Assembly (NCBI GenBank): GCA_964437525.1
Contig: CAYTHG010000002.1
Location: 1 to 46,094 of the forward strand
From: an uncultured Myxococcales bacterium
GTDB taxonomy: Bacteria > Myxococcota_A > SURF-8
Length of the DNA: 46,094 nt
Direction of reading: 5' to 3'
How positions within the stretch are numbered: the first letter of the stretch is position 1; every line of letters begins with the position of its first letter. The notes below the pieces were generated by a model, which was given only the letters and a program-made list of their open reading frames with translations, was not told the DNA's origin and did not search any database. This document shows positions 32,754 to 41,984 of the stretch, one piece after another. The translations under genes were made by a program, and so were the position numbers.

Positions 32754-35018
32754 CTAGAAGTCGAGATCCAGGGTCAAAATGGCGTTGGTTCCGGCACCGT
32801 AGACGCCTGATGCGTGGTACTTGTATTTCTCGTTGGTGAGGTTCTCCACCGTCAGACCGAAGCGGTAATGCTCGTGTAAACAGACGCCGCCGCGAATGTT
32901 CCAGGTGACCCAGCCGGGTGTGCCGTCTTGGGGTATACGCACGTCTTTTACGTCTTCTTCCGAAAGCCTGTCCTGCTTGCCTGCAAAGAGTATGTAGGTT
33001 TCCACAAAGACTCCGGCTTTCTCGGAGGCTTTACCTTCCCAGCGCAGACGCCAGTCGCCGAACACCGGCGGAACCTTGGGCAGAGGAATGTCTGCTGCAT
33101 CGTCTATTTTCTCGACGCCGTAGGTGTAGGTGACGGTCGCTTGTGTACTCAGGCCGTGCGTCAGATCAGCGCCCAGCATACCTTCGAAGCCGTACATGCG
33201 GCCCGATGCGCCATTGATGTTCCAGGCTACGGTCTTGTCCAAGATTTCTTCCTGACCTTCAAAGGTGGTCGGAACGCGCTTGATGACATCGTGGATAAAG
33301 CTTATGTAGCCAGCAGCGGAGCCATACAGGTGCCAAGCATCGAAGCGTGTCAGAAGTTCCAGCGTGTCGCTCATCTCGGGTCCGAGGCTGTCGTTTGTGA
33401 TGTGGAAAAACTCGCCTGTGTCGCCTATCAGGATGCTCTCGTTTAAGTTGGGAGCGCGGAAGCCCTGCGACCAGTTGAAGGAGGTCATCCAGTTGTCTTT
33501 GTATGATGTCTGGATTCCGGCGGTTCCGACGTGGGAGATGTGGCTGTAGTCGGTTTCTTCGGCGCCTTCGCGGGCGTCGGCATGTCCTGCCATCTGCTGA
33601 ACGCGATAGCCAGCCGTCAAAGCCAGTCGCCAGTCCCACTCAAGCGGCAAAATCTCACCGCGAGCGGTCAAGAATGCACCTATCAGTCTGTATCTCGATC
33701 CTTCCGGGAAGGGGTCGTACTTGGCGTCGGCCCAGGAATTCTCCAGGCCGCGCTCCTTGCGAGAGGAGGACACCCAGTCGCGGTAAACTTCAACGCCATA
33801 GGTGAAGTTGAGACGTTTTTCAAGCAGTTCGGTCTGGAACTGGCTGTCCATACCGATGGTGTTGACCGTAATATGATCGCGGGAGCGTTTGAGTTCTTCT
33901 GTGTGGTTCGGGTCTAATTTGATGGAATCTTTCTGCTCGAAGAAATGCTGGTAGGAAAGCGTCAGATCCAGCTTGGTGTTGATGGGACGGAAGATCATGT
34001 GCGCTTTGCCGTACAAAAGATCGTCATCGTTGTTGTAGAGATTGTATGAATCCTTTGTAAACAGCTTATCGGCGCGACCGACATCGTTCATCATGGCTCG
34101 CTGGTAAGCCATAGAGAAATGCCAGTCCTTGGTGAAGCCTTCTTTCAAGCGGGCCATGAATTTCGTGCCGACGTTGAGCTGATCATAAGATGTATAGGGC
34201 TGTTCACCCACGGAGTCGCCGCCGCGCAGGTTGCCGAAGTCCTTAAAGGTCACACCGCCGTTGAAGCCGAACCCTTCGTAACCCATATCCGCTAAAGCGT
34301 GAACTGTTTTTTCCGTGTTGGCACTGGCATATTTCAGTGCGCCGCGACCGTTTGCGCCGAAACCTAGGCCGCGCCTGTCGTTGGGTAAGAGTGTGATGGC
34401 ATTGATGACACCGCCCATTGCGTCCGAGCCGTAAAGCACGGAACCCGGACCGCGAACGACTTCGAGGCGTTTGATCTGGTAGGAATCCAGCATGTTGAGA
34501 TATTGCAGGGGGCCGGTGCGGTAGACCGAATTGTTCAAGCGCACACCGTCCACCAGAAGCAGAATCTGCGGGCCGACCATGCCGCGAATGACGGGCGAGC
34601 CGCCGCCGTGGTTGGTCTGCTGGACGAAAACGCCGGGAGATTCGCGCAGAGCTTCAGGCACGGTGCGTGGCACACGCTGCTTGATTTCATCGTTGGACAA
34701 CACATCCACGCTGCGATTGCTGTGAAAAGGTTCTTCCTCGTTACGGGAAGCGGATACCACCACCTCGCCCATCTGGCAGGCAGGGGCAGCTTCGTCTTCA
34801 TTGGATTCTTCTTCTACGGCTTCATTTTCATTTGAAGCAGCTTCACCTTGAACAGTCTCAGCCGGAGCTTTTTGTGCTTCGGCCTTATCGCCATCGGCGG
34901 GCTTGGTCTCCACTGCAGGCGCAGCCTGAGAATCCGCCTTTTCTTGCGCCAGCAAGACAGCCGGAATTGACAATATTGCCAAAATCACGAACAACGACAA
35001 ATATTTGCTTCTAAACAT
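32754..35018 (-). CDS. TonB-dependent outer-membrane receptor with a long acidic N-terminal extension
   Basis: 754 aa with AGGAGA RBS and a signal peptide. About 60 aa of Ala/Glu/Lys-rich sequence precede the TonB-box-like GEVVVSA. The plug motifs are (R)VPRTVPEALRESPGVFVQQ and GGGSPVIRGM. The C-terminus ends ..LTLDLDF (terminal Phe). Confidence 0.85.
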   Translation of the reverse strand: MFRSKYLSLFVILAILSIPAVLLAQEKADSQAAPAVETKPADGDKAEAQKAPAETVQGEAASNENEAVEEESNEDEAAPACQMGEVVVSASRNEEEPFHSNRSVDVLSNDEIKQRVPRTVPEALRESPGVFVQQTNHGGGSPVIRGMVGPQILLLVDGVRLNNSVYRTGPLQYLNMLDSYQIKRLEVVRGPGSVLYGSDAMGGVINAITLLPNDRRGLGFGANGRGALKYASANTEKTVHALADMGYEGFGFNGGVTFKDFGNLRGGDSVGEQPYTSYDQLNVGTKFMARLKEGFTKDWHFSMAYQRAMMNDVGRADKLFTKDSYNLYNNDDDLLYGKAHMIFRPINTKLDLTLSYQHFFEQKDSIKLDPNHTEELKRSRDHITVNTIGMDSQFQTELLEKRLNFTYGVEVYRDWVSSSRKERGLENSWADAKYDPFPEGSRYRLIGAFLTARGEILPLEWDWRLALTAGYRVQQMAGHADAREGAEETDYSHISHVGTAGIQTSYKDNWMTSFNWSQGFRAPNLNESILIGDTGEFFHITNDSLGPEMSDTLELLTRFDAWHLYGSAAGYISFIHDVIKRVPTTFEGQEEILDKTVAWNINGASGRMYGFEGMLGADLTHGLSTQATVTYTYGVEKIDDAADIPLPKVPPVFGDWRLRWEGKASEKAGVFVETYILFAGKQDRLSEEDVKDVRIPQDGTPGWVTWNIRGGVCLHEHYRFGLTVENLTNEKYKYHASGVYGAGTNAILTLDLDF

Positions 35019-35085
35019 CTAAAGATCTCCTGATCGATTCCAGTTTGTAATTCCCGAATTCTGTCTGAATCATAGAGTCAGCAGA

Positions 35086-35114
35086 ATAATGTTTCATGCA
35101 GATACAAAAGTCAA
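35086..35114 (-). promoter_or_regulatory. Sigma70-type promoter candidate for the TonB-dependent receptor
   Basis: On the minus strand: TTGACT, 17-nt spacer, CATTAT, about 70 nt upstream of the start codon. Confidence 0.45.
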
Positions 35115-35306
35115 CCGCTCCTTGATGGGCCAGGATTAAAATTTGTTAATGTTCAGGCGGGTTGGAATTTCTCTTTCTCCTCATTGACTTTCCGCCTCTC
35201 TCAAGTAATCTGAAAAGCAGGGAAGTATTTTAACAATTTGTGTGCTTGAATCCTGTTTGCGGTGACAGCCGGGAATGACATTGGATTCGAGTAGCTTGCC
35301 GGGCAG

Positions 35307-36632
35307 TTGACGGCAGTGCCGAAAGTGAGGCTGTGCTTGAAAAAGGACAGGCATTCCGGTATTTGGGGGGATTCGCTTGTCTCTACCATTTTGAACTGGA
35401 CCGAAGATTATCTTAAACCCAAAGAAAGCGTGACTGACGGTCTTGATTGGCGTGTTTCTCGTGACAATCAAGCATTGGAAGCCCGCAAATCAGACACAGA
35501 CGTTGAGGTCGGCTCTTTGAATCTGCGCGTTTTGTGGCCGCGCTATATCGGCGACAACTCAGGTGCCGGAAATCTCAAGATGGAAGTCGATTGCAGGAGC
35601 GGCAGCGTGTCTGAAGACTGGCGATATTTCGAGGAGCAGGCTCGCATTATCAGCCGTCGCTTAACGGCATTCGAGAAAAAACTGCCGCAGATATACGGCA
35701 AGCTCTTCCCGCGAGATACAGACGGCCTGATTGACTGGCGGCTTTCACCTCTATCCAAAACGATGTCGGACATGGATACTCGCAGCGGCGGGATGATGTT
35801 CAAAATGGTAGATATTCCCTGCGGTCTGCGCTGTTCTTTCTGTTCCGTATCCCTCAAAAAATACGCCAGCGAGCCACCCGAGTTGTTCTGGATGGACCAA
35901 TTGTACAAAGCCGCCATTTCCTTTGGCTGGGTTACGCAGCCCGGAACGGAAATGATTATCGGCGGCACACAGGCCATCTCTCATCCCGATATAGCCTCTT
36001 TGCTTCGTCTTGCCAAAACGCGAGGATACGAGAAGATCCGGCTGGATGTCAGTCTGCCGGACAGGATAGACGACGAATTTGCCCGACTTCTGGCCTCAGA
36101 AGGACTGACGGAAGTCCGCATTCCACTGTACGGCACTAGCGCTGCCACTCACGACGAGATCGTGGAGCGCCCCGGCAATTTTGATAGAACGCTGGCGGCT
36201 ATTCCCCGGCTTTTAGAACAAAATATCGATGTCAGTATGCACACGGTGGCATTGAAGCAAAACCTCCACGAACTGGCCGAGATTCCCGGTTTGTGCGAAT
36301 CGTTGGGGGCGCGCTTCTGCGAGGTGATGTTCCCGGTCGATGCCGGAACCGCACGTCTGTCACACGCCGAGCAGATACCGCTTGTGGCGAAATTGCCGCT
36401 GTCCGTCCTTGCGCTTGTCAATCTCAATATCCCTTGTCTAAAGCTTGGCTGCGAGAACTTCCGGCAGGATGTTCAGCGCGACTTCGACACCAAGCGCAGC
36501 TTTTTAAAAGAACACGGGCGCGGCGGAGAATTCGGGCAGGTCTGTAGAGGCTGCAAACGCCTCGATCAGTGCAGCGGCTTTTATAAAGGTTACCTGGAAA
36601 CTCATGGCGAAGGTGAGCTGCGGGCTTTTTAG
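35307..36632 (+). CDS. Radical SAM protein with a C-terminal Cys cluster (SPASM/twitch-like); start codon uncertain
   Basis: CGLRCSFC is the CxxxCxxC radical SAM motif. The C-terminus has CRGCKRLDQC (CxxCx5C). About 150 aa of unassigned N-terminal region. Candidate starts are TTG 35307, GTG 35325, TTG 35337 (GAGG 6 nt upstream) and ATG 35580. Confidence 0.75.
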   Translation: MTAVPKVRLCLKKDRHSGIWGDSLVSTILNWTEDYLKPKESVTDGLDWRVSRDNQALEARKSDTDVEVGSLNLRVLWPRYIGDNSGAGNLKMEVDCRSGSVSEDWRYFEEQARIISRRLTAFEKKLPQIYGKLFPRDTDGLIDWRLSPLSKTMSDMDTRSGGMMFKMVDIPCGLRCSFCSVSLKKYASEPPELFWMDQLYKAAISFGWVTQPGTEMIIGGTQAISHPDIASLLRLAKTRGYEKIRLDVSLPDRIDDEFARLLASEGLTEVRIPLYGTSAATHDEIVERPGNFDRTLAAIPRLLEQNIDVSMHTVALKQNLHELAEIPGLCESLGARFCEVMFPVDAGTARLSHAEQIPLVAKLPLSVLALVNLNIPCLKLGCENFRQDVQRDFDTKRSFLKEHGRGGEFGQVCRGCKRLDQCSGFYKGYLETHGEGELRAF

Positions 36633-36715
36633 GGAGGGTCGAGCAGTCAGTAGCTCGGGAAACTTGTCACCCGACAATTTCTAATTTGAAAGAGTTGACT
36701 TGGTCAGCAATCTGA

Positions 36716-36735
36716 GGCGACCCGCATGGGTCGCC
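36716..36735. terminator. GC-rich hairpin between convergent genes (possible terminator)
   Basis: GGCGACCC-gcat-GGGTCGCC followed on the plus strand by CTTCTTTGC. It lies between the radical SAM stop (36632) and the glyS stop (36765). Confidence 0.45.
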
Positions 36736-36764
36736 CTTCTTTGCATTCGTGTGTGTTTGCAGAA

Positions 36765-38828
36765 TTACTCGGTGTGGATTTTGCGGAAGTCGGCCATGCG
36801 GGTGAAGATCCCGGCCAGCTTGCCCAAAAGCGCAATGCGGTTTTCGCGCAGTTTTTCATCATCCACCATGACCATCACGTCGTCGAAGAACCTATCGACC
36901 GGCGCTTTTAATCCGGCGATTTTTTCGAGCGCTTTGGAGAACTCGGCTTCGTCCAGATCTTTTTCTATGGCTTCGTGAGTCTTGAGGTAGTAGTCGAACA
37001 GACCGCGCTCGGCATCTTCGCTCAAGAGACTTTCGTCTATCTTGTCACCCGGTGTTACGTCCTTGAGGATGTTCATGACGCGCTTGAAGCCACCAGCCAA
37101 GGGCGTAAACAGTTCGTTGTGACGGAAGGCCGATAGAGCTTCAATCTTTTTAACCGTCTGCGGCACGTTGTCGGTTCCGGCTGCGATGACGCCGTCGGTG
37201 ATATCGGTCGGGTGCTTTTCCATCATCATGGAACGCAGGCGGCCATCGATGAACTTGAGCAGGTCGGCGCGGACTTTGGCTCCATCGCGTGTCAATTTAT
37301 CGGAAAGCGTGTCGAGTGCCAGATCCACCCACTCGCTTATGGAAAGATCAAGATCGTGTTCTATTACGGTGCGCAGAATTCCCATGGCGGCGCGGCGCAG
37401 GGCGTAGGGGTCGTTGGTTCCCGAAGGCACCAGACCGACGCCGAAGCAACCGGCTACCGAATCGATTTTGTCGGCTAAAGAAACGATGACACCCGTCTTG
37501 GATTGCGGCACGTTGTCGGAGGCTCCGCGCGGCATGTAGTGTTCTTCTATGGCGGTGGGGACTTCGCCCGGTTCGCCGTCCAAGTCGGCGTAGATGCGCC
37601 CGACGACTCCCTGCAGGTCGGGGAACTCATAGACCACCAGTGTCGAGAGGTCGGCCTTGCACAAAAGCAGCGCGCGTTCGGCATCGCTTTTGCCGCCGCC
37701 GTTTATCTTGGAGGTCAAAAAGTCGAGCTGCTTTTTCATGCGCTCGATTTTGTCCTGATAGCTGCCCAGCTTTTCCTGGAAGGTGATGCTTTTTAAGCGT
37801 CCGGTAAAGCTTTCAAGCGTTTTCTTGCGGTCTTCGTCGACAAAGAACTGTGCATCGGAGAGACGCGCCCGCAATACCTGGCGGTTGCCGTCGGAGACGA
37901 CTTCGGGTTCTTTGGAGGCGATATTGGCGAAGAAGACGAAACGCGGCAAAAGATTGCCGTCTTTTTCCAGCACCGCGAAGTAACGCTGATGGCTGGCCAT
38001 GCTGTTTATCAGGATTTCTTTGGGGACACGCATGAACTCGTCGTCTATGCGTCCTACCTGTCCGACCGGGTATTCGACCAGGTTGGCAACTTCCGAGATA
38101 AGCGCGTCCGGTTTATTGAGGTGTCCGCCAAGCTCGGAGGCTAAGCGTTCCGCTTCGGAGCGGATAAAGGTTTCGCGCTGGTCAATATCGGCCAGAACAT
38201 AAGCCTGCTTGAGATGATCGAAGAAGCTTCCGGCTTCTTTGACTTCAAACTCTTCCGGGGCCATGAAACGATGACCGCGACTGAGATTGCCGCTTTTGAC
38301 ACCGGCGAATTCGCAGGGAATGACTTTGCCGTCGAAAATCGCGACTATCCAGTGCAGCGGGCGTGTGAAGGCCTGTCGCTGACTGCCCCAGCGCATGGAT
38401 TTTTTGAAGGGGATGGCGGCCATCAGCTCGGGCAGGATCTCCGAGATGATCTCTGAGGATTTTCTGCCTTTGATATCCTTGACGACGCGCACGCATTCGC
38501 CCTTGGGAGTTTCGACTTTTTCAAGCTTTTCTACATCGACGCCGAGTTTTCTGGAGAATCCCAATCCGGCCTTGGTGGGCTGGCCGTCCTTGAAGCAGAT
38601 ATCCCAGCGCGGTCCAATGACTTCTTCGCTGCGGTCCTGCTGGGCCTCGGGTATGCCTTCGACCACAAATCCCAGACGGCGCGGCGTGGCGAATGTTTTC
38701 ACATCGCCGTGGGCCAGATGCTGGGCGTTTAAATCACGGGCTATGCGCTCGGACATGTTTTTTAAGGCCGGGCGAATGTATCCGGCGGGGATTTCTTCAC
38801 AACCAATTTCAAATAATAGCTGTCCCAT
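36765..38828 (-). CDS. glyS: Glycine--tRNA ligase beta subunit
   Basis: 687 aa with N-terminus LLFEIGCEEIPAGY and AAGGAG RBS located in the end of glyQ. Confidence 0.9.
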   Translation of the reverse strand: MGQLLFEIGCEEIPAGYIRPALKNMSERIARDLNAQHLAHGDVKTFATPRRLGFVVEGIPEAQQDRSEEVIGPRWDICFKDGQPTKAGLGFSRKLGVDVEKLEKVETPKGECVRVVKDIKGRKSSEIISEILPELMAAIPFKKSMRWGSQRQAFTRPLHWIVAIFDGKVIPCEFAGVKSGNLSRGHRFMAPEEFEVKEAGSFFDHLKQAYVLADIDQRETFIRSEAERLASELGGHLNKPDALISEVANLVEYPVGQVGRIDDEFMRVPKEILINSMASHQRYFAVLEKDGNLLPRFVFFANIASKEPEVVSDGNRQVLRARLSDAQFFVDEDRKKTLESFTGRLKSITFQEKLGSYQDKIERMKKQLDFLTSKINGGGKSDAERALLLCKADLSTLVVYEFPDLQGVVGRIYADLDGEPGEVPTAIEEHYMPRGASDNVPQSKTGVIVSLADKIDSVAGCFGVGLVPSGTNDPYALRRAAMGILRTVIEHDLDLSISEWVDLALDTLSDKLTRDGAKVRADLLKFIDGRLRSMMMEKHPTDITDGVIAAGTDNVPQTVKKIEALSAFRHNELFTPLAGGFKRVMNILKDVTPGDKIDESLLSEDAERGLFDYYLKTHEAIEKDLDEAEFSKALEKIAGLKAPVDRFFDDVMVMVDDEKLRENRIALLGKLAGIFTRMADFRKIHTE

Positions 38829-38831
38829 CGG

Positions 38832-39812
38832 CTACTCCTTTCCGGCTTCGAGCTTGCGGGCTTTTTTTGCGATTTTCTTCTCGGTGCGTTCGGCCCAGAC
38901 GTTCCACTCCGATCTCAGCTTGGTTCGCAAGCCTTCGTCTTTCAGGTGCTTCAAAAGCGGGTAGTCCATCTTGTTGCGTTCTAGTACATAGCCTTCGGCG
39001 ACCATGCGGGCCAGTCTGCGGACGCGGGCGATGAAGTGCTGACGTTCGGTGACAGAGATGGCTGAGCGGGCATCCAGCATGTTGAAGGCGTGCGAGCATT
39101 TTAAGGCGAAATCGTAGGCCGGAACCGGCAGGCCCAGCTTGCAGGTTCGTTCGCATTCGGCTTCGCATTTGTCGAACATGTCAAAATGCATGGGTACGTC
39201 GGCTTCTTCCAGGTTGTAGCGGCTCCAGTCCACTTCGTCGCGGTGGTAAACGTCGCCGTAGCTGACACCGTGGTCCCATTCGAGCTGGTAAACGCTGTCA
39301 ACGCCCTGCAAAAACATGGCGATGCGCTCCATACCGTAGGTCAACTCGACACTGATGGGGTTCAAGTCGATTCCGCCGCACTGCTGGAAGTAGGTGAACT
39401 GAGTAATTTCCAGACCGTCTATCCAGACTTCCCAGCCCAATCCCCATGCGCCGAGCGTGGGAGATTCCCAGTCGTCCTCGACAAAGCGGATGTCGTGCTT
39501 CAAGGGGTCTATGCCAATGTACTTGAGGCTTTCGAGATACATTTCCTGCACGTTTTTGGGCGAGGGTTTCATGATGACCTGAAACTGGGAAAAGCGTTGC
39601 AGGCGGTTAGGGTTCTCGCCGTAGCGACCGTCCGTCGGTCTGCGGCAAGGCTCTAAATTGGCGACCTTCCAGGGCTCGGGTCCGAGCGCTCGCAAAAAAG
39701 TATGCGGGTTCATGGTCGATGCCCCGACCTCTATATCGTGGCCCTGAGCGATGATGCAGCCATTGTCGGCCCAGAAGCGCTGTAATGCGAATGTCAATTC
39801 TTGAAAGTTCAC
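38832..39812 (-). CDS. glyQ: Glycine--tRNA ligase alpha subunit
   Basis: [19 protein letters not shown]..., [26 protein letters not shown]. The likely GTG start at 39812 has AGAGGA 7 nt upstream. The ORF-track start at 39866 adds 18 non-conserved residues. There is a ~30-aa basic C-terminal extension. Confidence 0.85.
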   Translation of the reverse strand: MNFQELTFALQRFWADNGCIIAQGHDIEVGASTMNPHTFLRALGPEPWKVANLEPCRRPTDGRYGENPNRLQRFSQFQVIMKPSPKNVQEMYLESLKYIGIDPLKHDIRFVEDDWESPTLGAWGLGWEVWIDGLEITQFTYFQQCGGIDLNPISVELTYGMERIAMFLQGVDSVYQLEWDHGVSYGDVYHRDEVDWSRYNLEEADVPMHFDMFDKCEAECERTCKLGLPVPAYDFALKCSHAFNMLDARSAISVTERQHFIARVRRLARMVAEGYVLERNKMDYPLLKHLKDEGLRTKLRSEWNVWAERTEKKIAKKARKLEAGKE

Positions 39813-40031
39813 GGCCTTATCCTCTTTCTCTAAAGTTGCCCGATTCAAGAAAAAGCAAGCTACCACGTTCGTATAATTGAGGTCAAGTATAGCAGAAAAA
39901 TGCCGGGGTGTTTGTCTTCGTGCTTATCTCCAGCGTAAAAAGCCCTATATTTTTGCCACCTACTTTAAGTATTGCACTGACAGGCGATTAATGGTAAGTA
40001 TTTGACGCGATATCATTGGGCAAAGGAAACG

Positions 40032-40739
40032 ATGTATATCACTCCTGAGACAAAAATACTGGTGCTGACAGGAGCCGGCATATCGGCTGAGAGCGGCTTG
40101 CAAACCTTCCGCGACCCCGGTGGTTTGTGGGATCGGTTCGACTGGCGCGAGCTGGCTACACCTGAAGCATTCGCAAAAAAACCCGGTCTGGTCTGGGATT
40201 TTTATCTGGAAAGGCGACGTCTTATAAAAGAAGCCCAACCCAGTCCGGCGCACAGAGCGCTTGCAAAGCTGGAGCGCTATCTGGACGAGGGCTGCTTTAC
40301 GCTGATAAGCCAGAACGTGGACAACCTGCACGAGCGGGCCGGTTCCATGAACATGACCAAAATTCACGGTTCCGCCATGCTGGACCGCTGTACTAAATGC
40401 GGATACAGATCGCAGGCTCAAAAAGTCTATGATCGCTTTCCGCCTATTTGCCCTGAGTGTGAGTCCGTCTTGAGACCGGATGTGGTCTGGTTCGGCGAAG
40501 AGTTGAATTCTGAGCACCTCAAGCTGGCCATGCAGCGGCTTTTGGAATGCGATCTTTTCATTGTTATAGGCACTGCCGGCAATGTCTTTCCCATATCGCA
40601 GTTCGTATACGAAACACAGGCCGACAAGATCTACATAGGAGTCGAAGAACCGGAAAACGCCGATGCCTTCCAGAAGGTCATGCTCGGCAAGGCCGGTGTG
40701 ATTTTGCCTGAATTAATAAATGAATATTGCGAGGTTTGA
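40032..40739 (+). CDS. cobB: NAD-dependent protein deacylase (Sir2 family, CobB-type)
   Basis: VLTGAGISAESGLQTFRD, QNVDNLHERAG, Zn-ribbon CTKCG...CPEC, and GTAGNVFP. Confidence 0.85.
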   Translation: MYITPETKILVLTGAGISAESGLQTFRDPGGLWDRFDWRELATPEAFAKKPGLVWDFYLERRRLIKEAQPSPAHRALAKLERYLDEGCFTLISQNVDNLHERAGSMNMTKIHGSAMLDRCTKCGYRSQAQKVYDRFPPICPECESVLRPDVVWFGEELNSEHLKLAMQRLLECDLFIVIGTAGNVFPISQFVYETQADKIYIGVEEPENADAFQKVMLGKAGVILPELINEYCEV

Positions 40740-40741
40740 AT

Positions 40742-41263
40742 ATGTCTTTTTGTCCTATCTGCCATGCCGAATATCGTGAGGGCGTTATGAGCTGCGCCCA
40801 TTGCGAAGTGGAACTGGTCGCCAGCCTTGATATGGTGCGCCCTAAGATGACGGAAGATCAGATTCTGGGATATCTTGAAAAGCGTGAACTGGTTCCGGTA
40901 GCCAAGGCTGGTTACGATAGACTGAAGCCCATCAGAGATTTGTTTTGCAAAAAGAATATCGCAAGTATTATACTTCGTGAAGACGGCGAGGGATGCGGTG
41001 CCGGTTGTGTCGGGCTGGGAGCCTTGAACCTCATGGTGGCCGAGGAAGATATCGAAGCAGCCGTAGGTGTCTTGGAAGAAGAATTTTCTGGACTGGTAAA
41101 CAGCGTCGGAGAAGACGCCGATCTTGACATAGTAGATGGCGGCAGGGCGGCTTTGGATTACGATGAAGGCAAACTTATTTGCCCTGCCTGTGGAGAAGAG
41201 GTACAATCGGGCCAGAATGAATGCCCCGAGTGTGGGCTTTATATCGGGATTCCCGAAGAGTAA
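40742..41263 (+). CDS. Double zinc-ribbon protein, function unknown
   Basis: 173 aa with GAGG RBS. N-terminal CPICHAEY..CAHC and C-terminal CPACGEEV....CPECG flank an acidic middle domain. Confidence 0.65.
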   Translation: MSFCPICHAEYREGVMSCAHCEVELVASLDMVRPKMTEDQILGYLEKRELVPVAKAGYDRLKPIRDLFCKKNIASIILREDGEGCGAGCVGLGALNLMVAEEDIEAAVGVLEEEFSGLVNSVGEDADLDIVDGGRAALDYDEGKLICPACGEEVQSGQNECPECGLYIGIPEE

Positions 41264-41296
41264 CAGGTTGAAATACAAAATTGGTAAAGGTGTTTG

Positions 41297-41689
41297 ATGA
41301 CTGACAAAAAAACCAATACAGACGCAGAGTGGGCAGATAAGAGACAAGACCAGCGCATAAATCTCAAGATCGAGATCAGCCTGCATTCGGAAACCAATTT
41401 CTTTACGGGCTTTTCTTCCAACATCTCGACTGGCGGTGTTTTCATTTCTACCCACGTGCCTGCAAAAGTGGGCGAAAAGGTGCCGTTGAGTTTTCTGCTT
41501 CCCAACAGCCCCAAAACACTTGAAATCGTCGGTGTGGTAAAATGGTATCGTGAATACAACCCGGTCTATCCCGACACTCCTCCAGGAATGGGTCTGATGT
41601 TTGAGGAAATTTCCGAAGAAGACCAGATCATCATCAATGAGTACATCGGCAACATCAGAGAGCCCTACTTCCACCCGGAAGACGATTAG
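41297..41689 (+). CDS. PilZ-domain protein (TIGR02266-like)
   Basis: DQRINLKIEISL....F.GFSSNISTGGVFISTH.PAKVGEKV.LSFLLPN.......GVVKW........PGMGLMFEEIS matches my recollection of the PilZ/TIGR02266 pattern. Confidence 0.75.
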   Translation: MTDKKTNTDAEWADKRQDQRINLKIEISLHSETNFFTGFSSNISTGGVFISTHVPAKVGEKVPLSFLLPNSPKTLEIVGVVKWYREYNPVYPDTPPGMGLMFEEISEEDQIIINEYIGNIREPYFHPEDD

Positions 41690-41704
41690 AATTATCGTAA
41701 GTTT

Positions 41705-41827
41705 TCTCAACAAGTCCAGGTAGCTTGTCATCCTGAGCGTAGCGAAGGATCTCCAAGTTGCTCAAAATTCAAGATTCTTCACTTCGTTCAGAATGACGGC
41801 TCATGAATTTCCCCGGACTTATTGAGA
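41705..41827. repeat. ~123-bp palindromic MITE-like element (same family as 24803..24921)
   Basis: Outer arms TCTCAACAAGTCCAGG and CCGGACTTATTGAGA. Inner arms GTCATCCTGAGCGTAGCGAAGGATC (41727..41751) and GATTCTTCACTTCGTTCAGAATGAC (41773..41797). Confidence 0.8.
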
Positions 41828-41984
41828 AGTCACTAGTTATCAGTCTAAGTTGTCTGGATGTTTGTTAAATCCATAAAAACATCCCGTATAAAAAGAGATA
41901 ATCTCAAGCGCGGGTTTGTGCTTGCCCCGATGATTCCCTATCGGGTTTTTGCCTTATTCGTCTCTAAGAGATAAAATCCCGACG

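Noticed and set aside
35019-35306. Cobalamin riboswitch or Fur box upstream of the TonB-dependent receptor
   Set aside because: There is no B12-box (GCCACUG-like) on either strand. The best Fur-box-like stretch matches only about a third of the 19-bp consensus. Only a sigma70-like promoter could be supported.
40032-40739. Sir2-domain protein as an anti-phage defence (Thoeris/DSR/SIR2-HerA-like) component
   Set aside because: It is a short canonical CobB-type sirtuin with a Zn-ribbon and a GAGISAESG NAD site. It has no fused effector or sensor domain and no defence partners, so it is a housekeeping deacylase.
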